Assembly: GCF_964355755.1 (NCBI RefSeq)
Contig: NC_092677.1
Span: 3,060,101 to 3,124,100 of the forward strand
Direction: 5' to 3'
Length of the DNA stretch: 64,000 nucleotides
Source: Antedon mediterranea
Lineage: Eukaryota > Animalia > Echinodermata
Part shown: positions 1 to 12,910 of the stretch, piece after piece
Numbering within the stretch: the stretch's first letter is position 1
Layout of the letters: every line of letters begins with the position of its first letter
Notes under the pieces: generated by a model
The model's database searches: none
What the model saw: only the letters and a program-made list of their open reading frames with translations
Told to the model about the DNA's origin: nothing
Position numbers and translations under genes: made by a program

Positions 1-59
1 TACCATATTTGGGCACATCACACTTTTTTGTCAAACTAGTTGATAATGTAGACATAGCT
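1..59. mobile_element. MITE family A (Tourist/Harbinger-like), right end
   Basis: Matches the family A right arm ...AAACTAGTTGATAATGTAGACATAGCT followed by TTA. Confidence 0.75.
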
Positions 60-234
60 TTAGATTTGACCCAGAGACTAGCATTTTTATCTCCTTCATG
101 AGACACACAAATGTTACAAAACTTCAGTCTATTTCGTGCCTATCTTACCTGGATAAACTAACAATAGCCTATTCTCCTCAAAGAGCAAGATATAATTCAA
201 AAGTAAAAAACACCCCTTTCTACAAATGGTATAG

Positions 235-2852
<2,618 letters not shown>

Positions 2853-5783
2853 ACTGAGCAACCATCCCGGGCGCAAAGTTCGTCACAGGGCCACGTTCAA
2901 CCAACTTAATTGTGTAAGTCACCGGTGTTTGAGACAAAAACATTTTATTTGATTGGTTTTAACAGAGAAATAACGTGATATTGAAAACCAGGGAAATGTT
3001 TTCATCGTCTCAAGACAAAAAAAAAGACTTGTCCATTAATTAATTAACTGTTAAAATTGTGAAATAAGTCTGCTAGTGAATTTTATTTTGTTATCGAAGC
3101 ATTGGCAACTATTACAAAAACAAATGTATGTATTAGTAATTGTATTGGTAGAACTTACAAACCCATAGTGTGTTTATGTGTGTTAAAGTAACAATTATTT
3201 TTTAACATTCTGACATGAACACAAACATTTTCTATATAATCTTAAAATATATATATTTGAGTTTTTGTGCTCATTTATGTTTTGCTACCAGGGATCTAGA
3301 AAATAGAAATTCATCTTGAATTTGTACTTGATTATGCCTCTAAAACTTAGTTCCAACTTTATTATCCATTCCACCTATCATTTCATGCGCAAACAAAGTC
3401 ACACGCCTTGTTCAACATATTTTGTTTTCTTTTATACTAGCCAATATCAACTAAAATAATCTGTGTACAAATATAAGCAGACAGGCCTTTAAAAAGCTGT
3501 GTACAAACTATATACACGTTTGCGCAGTTTTTAGCAGGAACTAACTTTTAGACCAATCACATCTTAGATGCTAATCTCATTAACAGTATTATTAACCACA
3601 TAGGTGTATATACAATTCTTAATAGCGTGTGTTTTATAACAGTTTTTGATTAAAAATTTGAAAATTAAATTGTAAATGAAGAGTAACATCTCTTATGTAC
3701 ATCACCGTACAAAATGAATTTGTAAATTATTTTGTTTAAATCACAAAATGTTATATTTATCATTTAAATTTAAGTTCAACATTTTTGTTTGTAAATTATT
3801 TTTTATTTTGTTGTAAGAGATGTTACCGTTTATTAATTTTCATAGATGAGATTTCTGTTTTGAAGAATTTAGCGCAGTTTAATAAAAAAGGTTTTTTTTT
3901 TCAGTAATTTATTAAAACTTTTTTGATAAAACTTTGTGCTAAATTGTCTGAAAGTAGGTTAATAATTTGTGAGCAAACTAAACAAATTGTGAATTGCATC
4001 AAAACTTTTAGATTAATTATCAAGAATTTCATCAACAAATAGAATAATTATCAAGCATTTCTTCAAAACATTTAGAATATCAAAACAGACATGTTGGTAT
4101 TAGTATAATAGTGTAGTTAGTATTTTAATTTTCACACTGTTTATTTCTGTTTGATGGGTATGATATACATAAACGTCTGTGTAAACGGTTTTAGTAGATT
4201 TTATTTGTAAACCCCCTTGTTCCTAGAAAACCAGCTAAGATGAAAACTCTATCCCACCGCACAAAGTTCAGTTTGGTCATTCCTAGTCGGAAGAAGTCGA
4301 CAAGAAAAAAAGAATGACATAGGGTAATTGGTGATTTAGAGATTGCCTCCGCTTATTCTATGCATTAAAGGGGCTTCGTTTTTTCGTTATTTTTAATTAA
4401 AAATATATACAGCAATTGTAATAATACTGTATATTATTTTTGTTATTATTTTTAAATTTGCTATCTTTTATCTAATATGCATTTTGTCAACTTGTTTATT
4501 ACTGTCGACAAAAACAGATTCATTTTGTGCATTTTAAAAAGAATCGACTTCTTGTAAAAAAAAAAATTGAAGGAAATGTTTAGACGATTATTTGCTTTTG
4601 AGAAATTTTTGTTTTTAGTGCACGAAGCAACGAGTGGTTACGCCAATTAATGTTTTTATTAAAAGGCTATTGTAGCTGAAGATAATAAACTATTAACAAT
4701 TCAACGAATTTACTATGTATTGTTTTGTTAACGAGTCGAAAGACATTCGAGAGGTGAACATCGTATCCAATTTTCGCATAATCATACCCACAGCGTCGAT
4801 ATGTCACTGTGTTGCGTTCTTTAAGGGAGGACCTTGTAAACTAGTGTGTAATATTAAGTGAACTGTATTATCATTTATGCTTTGATTGTAACATCAAAAA
4901 TGTTGAAAAAAAATCGGCAAAATCTACATTAAAAAAAAAAACAATTGGTTTATGTACAACAATTGGCACATATCCTGCCAATTAATTTATTAAACAATTA
5001 TGTAATATTTCTGGAAACGGTTTAAAATACTTGTACACGCATCGTTCAGAATACTGACAGAGAAAATACAAAGTCTTCTGGGTACAAGATATAAAAAACG
5101 TATATCCTACGGTCGTTGATACGGCCCCACACAATAGTAATTTTCCTCCAAAACCTAAATTTTTTTTGTCAAAATGAAAGCAGCACAAACTGTAAACAAT
5201 GTTTAAGAAACAGAAAAGATGACAAAATGTGCCCCAAAATGAGACTTTGGATCCATTACCGATTTGACTGAACACAAAATTGGTAGATGGGCTTACCAGA
5301 GAAACAATATAGCATATTATATATTATAATAGATTGGGCCCGTAGCCTATATATGCATACTGCTATGTATATTATTACATACTGTGTACAAATTACTATA
5401 CTATGTTCTTAAAAATGCATGCATTTTAACTACAATTTTAATATTGTACAGTGACCACGCCCAGTTTAAGCATATGATTGTATAAGATTAAATAATTTAA
5501 CTTTTAATTATATTAATACCTTCATTGTTATGAATTGTATAATATACAGTATATACATTGATAGTAAGAACTCCTTTTAGTTAGAAACTTATCAATGATA
5601 AAAAAAACATCATCATTATTAATATCTCAACTTTAATGCAACAAATTTAAATTTGATATTATTTAACAATATTACATGAACAATTCAACATTTTCAGAGC
5701 TGATAAAATCGGTAAAAAGTATTTAAAAATGTTTTGTTTAAGAACTTTTGATAAGTTTTCTTTTTGCTGGTTTCTTTCCGAGT

Positions 5784-7706
5784 TTATGGCTTCGTTTTGT
5801 TTTGTACAGGTAAATACAATTTAAATTCTGCAGGTAATTCATCTTCTGAGTAGAGTCGATCGGAGAAGTAGACACGTCGGATTCGACAGTTGGCGTGAAT
5901 TTGAACTCTGAGCGTTTCAATGTAGTTTGTTCCGTATGCACGTCTCGTGAAATCTGACAAGTTGAACTGAAAGTAAAGAAAGTAATTTAATTAAAACAAT
6001 AGGAACATTGTTATTGGCTCTCAAGCAATATTATTTACCAACAGGAACTTATCGGTTAAAACAATCACTATGGTAAATGCGTCTCAAGTTTGTTGCCATG
6101 GTGAATTCTAAACAAAACAATGTTTTAGATTTCCATTTTCACACATGCATACTAGAATCTGGAGAAAGCATAGTTGTGCACTATTTGATTGGTCAGTTCA
6201 ATACCAAGAGCAGTAACAACTTGGGACAAAAGGCCTCTCATAGGTGTGATTTTCACAAAATTGTCTTCACACTTCAAACAAACCTGGTTACAACAAGTTG
6301 TTACTTTTTGGAGGTGTGAAAAGGGTATTAGGGTTTTGTAACTATGGTTTGAGGTCCCCTTTGTTCAATAGCTTGGCCACTTAACATTTATTGTTTTATT
6401 TCAATTTTAAAGTTATAATACTAACTTGAATCTGATTCCATCCGTCATCTAACCTCATAGGCATTGTGCAGATGAATGGTTTTACTCGCGTCGTGCTTTG
6501 ATAGTTACTCGCTCTAAATCGTCGTTTTACATTCTTATCGTCGAGTACTTGAACTTCGAAGGTAAAGTATTTCTTCAAATTTTTAATAATCATTACAAGA
6601 AACGGTAGTTTAATTCCAAGTGTTTTCTTTGTTTCTGCTGGACAGGTAATATATGTTGTACTGAAAATGATAAATGACAATAATTAATAAAAAATAATGT
6701 GTAAAAAAATTTAAAATGTTAATCTATTAATAAAGCTCTGTCTACACTTTCAAACTTTATGTGACAAAAAAAATGTGATGTGTCCATATATGGACATGAT
6801 GATGTCATATCACTACCATATTTAGGCATATCACACACTTTTTGTCACATAAAGTTTGATAGTGTAGACAGAGCTTAAGTCAAATAAAAGTATAAAAAAA
6901 TCAAATTAAACCATTCTTCTTAAGCTGAATTAACAATACAAAGTGCAAAATAACATTTTAAATTAATATTAGTAAATGAAATCGAATTGTTGAAATTTAA
7001 AATAATATTTGAACAATTATTTTTTATAGAATTATAAATCAAATTACCTGACATTTGTACCAACAATTTCTAATACTAATGATTGAATATCGTTGTCTGT
7101 TATTCTTTTGATATGACCATTCCTCACCTATGCAAAACAAAAATAATGAAAATAGTCAACAAAATAAGAAATTAATTTCTTTACATGAGTCAATCAATAA
7201 TCAATAGGGCCTACAGATGATGTAGATGGGCGTGCCTAAAAAACTAAAACTGTGCATGTGATTGCACTGATAAGTGATAACATACTAAAAATAAACAAAT
7301 AAAAAATAGGCCTACTGACAGTGACTGTAAAAAAAGGCAAACAGAATATTGAAACAAAGGATACCTAAAACAAAATAGCCTAGGTCTAGGCCTACAAAGG
7401 TATAGATGCAATAATACAACAAAGTAATAATCAATTAACAGTAATTAATTTACAAGAAAAAGTATAGGCCTAGCCTAGGCTGAGTATTTCATTTTGCTAA
7501 CTAATCGACAGACCCGGCCCATGTGTGTTGTGTTGACAACGCTGCCTCTCTAGTGTAAAAAACCACACACCACTCATTTCATTCATTTCCACCCGGCCTA
7601 GCAAAACACAAATAAAACTCACCTTTTTATCCCATATCTGCAATGGTTTACTACCTATACTATATAATATGGATAAAAATCCACTTTGAAAAGTATTTTT
7701 GAACAT
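5784..7706 (-). CDS. CFAP20: Cilia- and flagella-associated protein 20 (BUG22/C16orf80), 193 aa
   Basis: Exons 7706-7623, 7127-7048, 6660-6426, 5966-5784 (582 nt). Protein reads [39 protein letters not shown]...[53 protein letters not shown]. Confidence 0.98.
6734..6875. mobile_element. MITE family A (Tourist/Harbinger-like), full copy
   Basis: Long TIRs AGCTCTGTCTACAC...GTGTAGACAGAGCT, TAA target duplication on both sides, about 140 bp palindrome. About 13 copies in the window. Confidence 0.88.
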
Positions 7707-7843
7707 GTTTTACTTGAATAAAAGGTAATATAGAGACAAAGTAAGCTGATTTTACAGCGCTCACAATAAACACAACCTCACTCCGTGAATATCTGTTGCC
7801 AAGTGGCCTACCTTTTGTTTTGCTGCCTGCCTTCTTTTCGGCG

Positions 7844-7856
7844 GTAACCTAGTGAC
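7844..7856. promoter_or_regulatory. Candidate RFX X-box upstream of CFAP20
   Basis: GTAACCTAGTGAC (reverse GTCACTAGGTTAC) fits the imperfect palindrome GTNRCC/Y-N-RGYAAC. It lies about 140 bp upstream of the ATG of a ciliary gene. Confidence 0.55.
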
Positions 7857-7957
7857 CACATGACAACAACATTAGATTGTGTTACGCACACTGTGCACTG
7901 TTAATTATTAGACTACTCATTGTTGTACCTCCAGTTAAGTCATAGAACTTTAGTTAA

Positions 7958-10560
7958 AGATGTATTGTCCCCCTGAAAACATTTTTTTTTTAAATATTTT
8001 TGTTGAATAGGCCATTTTAATTGCACATAAAAGTTATTCACTTTGAACTGAAATTGGATCGAAAAAAAAAATGTTTTACTCGAGAAAATCGTAATTTAAA
8101 GCAAAAATTAACCAACCGGAAGCTATTTGTCTGGAAGACAAACGTGTTCCGGTTTAATTTAACCCTTGACCTGAGTTAGCTCATAAATATTCATATTGTA
8201 TGGATACATCTTGTGGATGATGGTTCTCTCAACAAACAGCCAACAACGCGACGATAGCAATGCATAGAGAGAGTCGAGTAGTGACGCGAGACGATCTTGA
8301 AGAAAACACGAAAACTATAGCTAGCAGAATACTAAGTAGAACTGCAGTTGGTAACTTTGATGTTGAATCTTATTCATTTAGGTGAGTTTTTGTTTCGCTA
8401 GCAGGAGAGGCCTAGCTAGGCCTAGGCCCTAGGCCCGAGTTTTCTGCTACTGTATACTAGTCTACTACATACTAGTAGGCCTAGTACTAACTAGCACAAC
8501 CACATGGCAGGCAGTCTCGAGTAGCCTTACTGCTGCCTCCTGTTTCTATAAGTAGAGGTAGTAGGCCTAGGCTAGGCAGTACACTACTAGCTAGGGCTAG
8601 ACCACCACCAGGAGAGATGTATTTTTTTTTTATAATTTTGTTTGGCATCCTGATAAATTGGTTTAATTTGTTAGGATTTCAACTATCTATTCTGCAGAGA
8701 AAATTACCAAATAAATCTAAATATTGTTTTGAATGTTTACTGTACAGTATTTTAAAAATATTTTCTGCATCAAATGCAATAGGTTCAAATCAACATTTGC
8801 ACAATTAACCATTTTATGCAGATATTTGACACAATTTTCTTCTTTTTTTTCAGGTATTAACATTGATTGAACAATAAGAGCAAGTGAAGTAGTGAGAAAC
8901 ACAAAATGTATCGGCAACATTCACAATTTATTGAAACATTTCTTACTATTAAAATGACACTTTGTAATGGATATGAGCGATCTTAGAAGACTATAGCTGC
9001 CGTAATTACTGCCACAATCAACACATTGATATTAGTAGACAAATTGACACAAAAAACAATACAGGAATTCAATAAGATATACTGTAACTGTATATAGGCC
9101 TAGGCCTATATATATTTTTTATTAACTCCTTTTGCAATGTAATATTTACAGTAACATTATGAAGTGTAAGTAAAATTGAAGAATTTATTCTGTGTACTGT
9201 TGTAGTAGTATTTTTTATTTATTGAATGTTATGTTTACAAAATAATATACTGTACAAATATTATTGCTTTATAAAAAAAATTATACTGTACAACATTTTA
9301 CAAGCTGAACAGGAACATATTGGCCGAATGCAGCATCACAAATATTTTTCTTGCAATATCCAATCATATACAGAGTCTATCATCAGTTGTCTTTATGAAG
9401 TACAAATGTGACCTCTGTTCCAGTCTTCATCAGCTCAACGTCTTTAAATAAAAATGTTTAAATAATGATGTATAAATAAGTTAAATATTTCACAAAATCT
9501 AAAGTTTTTAATTTCGGCAAAGTACGAAAACCTGGAATTTGGTATTTATAAATAGGTCTAGATCATGCACATTTAGTGCAAAATGTGGGCTAGTGAAATT
9601 GCTTGCTTTGACAAATAAGTACACTAACTTTCTATGGTAAAACACATTACAACTAAGACTTAATAAAGAGAAAACAAATATTTGACTTACTACAGTACAG
9701 AGTTACATGGTAAAGAACAGTAGTTTGTGTGGTAAAATGGCTAAGCTGGCTTTTCCCCTCTGTCTACTTGTACAGTGCTGCTGGAGGAAGGTTCTCAACT
9801 TCAGGCTTGTAAGTTGTATTGTAACCATTTTCCCTGAAAAAATGTTTGTTTTATTTTTATCATAAAAACTAGTTAAACAAGATTCAACTGTAAATTATGT
9901 ATATGGTACAGCAGGCTGGCTGTATTTTCGGATTGATGGCCTAGCCTAGGCCAGTCTATGAAGAGTACAATGTATAGGGCCTAGCTGGGCATTTTCTGCA
10001 GAGACCCGATTGTCCCAGCAGCCTGCCTCCTCTACTACTACTACTACTAGCCTAGGCCTATGCATGTATTATTCTAGGCCTAGCCCTGAAAAAATCCCAG
10101 GCTAAGTTAATTAATTACCTTCCTGTTATTACAAACGTCTGTCTAGTTTGCGTTATATATATAATTATTATATTTAAAATAACCGTCTAGGCCTACTTAC
10201 CGACAAATTAACAGCTTAGCTTTACATACGATCAGGGGAAACCCCCAGTCGAGTCGCGTCGATCTGTGGGTGTTGTGTACACAACGTGCATCATCCATGT
10301 TTGTTAGATCAGATCCCAGCTGTGTCGATGCTCATTAACATATCATGCATATTTATGAGTTAGCTCTATCGGCCTAAATTTTGAGCTGACAAGTTGGGAA
10401 AATTGATTAACTTATTTTGCTTTTTTCTTAGCGAAATTAATAATTTTTTTCGGATTTTTTTTCGGCGAAAGTGAACAACTTTATTATAGCTACAATATGG
10501 TCTATTCAAAATTTGATTTAATTGATCTTCATTTTTCATGTTTTGGGGGACAATACAACT
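7958..10560. mobile_element. Non-autonomous TTAA-specific DNA transposon (Kolobok-like), 2.6 kb
   Basis: TTAA on both sides (7954-7957, 10561-10564). TIRs AGATGTATTGTCCCC / GGGGACAATACAACT, followed by imperfect subterminal inverted similarity including TCATAAATATTCAT / ATGCATATTTATGA. No intact ORF. Confidence 0.8.
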
Positions 10561-11188
10561 TTAAGCCGCCGAGCTGTATTATTTGAAAAGAATAGTATAG
10601 TGTAAAGACACTGACGACTACAGTAACAGTGCCATGGCCTTAATTTAGCTCTGAAAGAATCATTGTGAAAAACAAACATTTAATCATGGAGGTATCCTCC
10701 ATGATTTAATTTATGAAACACAATTAAATTTGTACAATTTAATAATAATAATAATATTGTTTGCCGCAGTATACACTATATAGGCCTATTTAATGTAATA
10801 ATGTAGTAGGCCTATAATTGTAGCAGTACTAAATATTGTGATAATAGTGACACAAGACATTTGAAATTAGATATACAATGTATTTGTGTACAAATTGTGA
10901 GTCATCGTAAGTATTGAGTTCAATGTGTACATCATGTGCTAGTTGCCTAGGATACCAAAATTATGCAAATTGACAGGTGTCATCGACCGAGTTCCTCTTT
11001 TTATTAAGGACCTACCATTTAATATCATTCATATAATTATGTTGCTTTAAATATTGGGAAACTTGTAAATACTATAAAATTGTAAGAGGATGTGTTCGTG
11101 CGAATTTCTACGCGTTACGCGGATAACAGATAATAGTCCTAAACGCTTAAAAAATCTAATTATTATTATTATTGATTGATCGATTTAT

Positions 11189-11333
11189 AAGGTTTATATC
11201 GCAAATAGCTTCTACAATGCATGATGGGAAGGGTTTGGGAGCAAACGTCACAACGTGTACGTACATGATTTGTTGACGTTTTCTCCCAAATCCTTCCCAC
11301 CATGCGTCGCGCACGCTATTTGCGATAAACCTT
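11189..11333. mobile_element. Palindromic MITE-like element
   Basis: AAGGTTTATATCGCAAATAGC...ATGATGGGAAGGGTTTGGGAG pairs with CTCCCAAATCCTTCCCACCATG...GCTATTTGCGATAAACCTT. Confidence 0.7.
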
Positions 11334-11460
11334 GTTTTATATTTATTTTCAGTTATCTGCAAAGTCAATTTTTGCCTATAGGTAACCATCTCAAGTTTGA
11401 AAATTTAGAACACGATTAAAGCAACTATGTCTATTTATATTTAATATAATTTAGTATGTA

Positions 11461-11655
11461 GTAGCAATGCCAATAGTAGCAATGCCAATAGTAGCAATGC
11501 CAATAGTAGCAATGCCAATAGTAGCAATGCCAATAGTAGCAATGCCAATAGTAGCAATGCCAATAGTAGCAATGCCAATAGTAGCAATGCCAATAGTAGC
11601 AATGCCAATAGTAGCAATGCCAATAGTAGCAATGCCAATAGTAGCAATGCCAATA
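11461..11655. repeat. Perfect 15-bp minisatellite, 13 copies
   Basis: (GTAGCAATGCCAATA)13; it accounts for the four repetitive ORFs here. Confidence 0.97.
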
Positions 11656-11677
11656 GTCCATAAACTGCCATGTAGGC

Positions 11678-11995
11678 CTACATGAAGCATATAAAATTGT
11701 TAAAGATTTCGAGGGTGTAGCCAAGGATGACTTTTTTCAAATGAGAAGTAACATTAGCAGAATTACTCGAGGGCATCACCTGAGATTTTTCAAGCCTATT
11801 TTCCATAAAGGATTGAACTGTAGAAGACATACTTTCTCGCAATGAGTAATAAACCATTGGAACAGTTTACCAGCCAACGTTGTCAATTCTGAGACCACTA
11901 ACACCTTCAAGAATTGCATCGACACAATGTAGTTGATATGGGGTTAAAAAGGCACCTCGCCTAAACTTTCCCATTATAATTAAACTAAACTAAAC
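11678..11995 (+). mobile_element. 5'-truncated CR1-type LINE, 3' end
   Basis: Frame from 11678 reads LHEAYKIVKDFEGVAKDDFFQMRSNISRITRGHHLRFFKP...RRHTFSQ*VINHWNSLPANVVNSETTNTFKNCIDTM*, the typical CR1 ORF2 C-terminus (TRGH, WNSLP, FKN). It ends in a (TAAAC)n tail. Confidence 0.85.
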
Positions 11996-12910
11996 AACTG
12001 ATTTAGTACATTATTAAATTCAAGGTATAATAGATAAGATATAAATAAAAGGAACAAAAAGCAATGACAGATTTGAATAAAGAATTATTATATTGAGTTA
12101 AAAGTAAAAAAGGAAAGATTGTTTTTGTTTTGTATTTTGTGTATAAATGTTATCTTTAAACTTTGAATACACTTATTACATTATCAAAATTCTCGTTACC
12201 ACGCAAAATCAAACGCGCTACTAAGTACTCGTACTAGGGCCTTAGCCAATTAAGTGTTTAATTAGTTGTAACTCTACAGTATATTTAGTTTACAATAGTT
12301 TGCAGTAAAATACAATTCATTTGTTCCATTGAAAATGCTTTACTTTATTTTTAGCAATGCGGAATGTACAAAATAGTTGAAATGAATGTTTTTATATCAA
12401 TACAACCGCATGGAGGTATAAAAATATTTATACCTCCATGATATAACCATCTCTATGATACAACAGAGAGTATGTACTTAAAATGTAATAAATTATATAA
12501 ATTTCTGTCATGACTTCTTACACGTTTTCCTAATGGTCTATGTTGATTTATGACGATGTATTTGACCAATCAGCATCAGCCTGTTATAGCGACAAGACTT
12601 TTATTGCGCATGTGTATGATAATATTTCGACCCCCTCGGATCGTATCGTCATCTCGGTTGGTTCTCTAGGCCCGGCTGCTGTGGCTGGCTCACCTACTCT
12701 TCTTTCAGAGCGACGACTAGGGGAGCTCTCCTCTCTCCTGTGCCTGTAGTGTTATTGTTAGACTTAGGTAGTCATTCATGTAAATATAACTGGATCAAAA
12801 TGCTACTGAAGAAAATATGATATCCAGCAATTTATTAGTGTATTTCAGGAACTTTTCCGGCGTATGGTAAACATGATTTATTCTATTTTAAAAGCTTTAC
12901 GAGAGGTTTT

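Noticed and set aside
9300-9445. THAP-domain remnant inside the Kolobok-like element
   Set aside because: Only a vague W...ICTS resemblance interrupted by stops; not supportable without alignment to an intact copy.
11431-11724. ORFs with YYWHC, LLLAL, IGIAT and MPIVA repeats
   Set aside because: Artefacts of a perfect 15-bp minisatellite.
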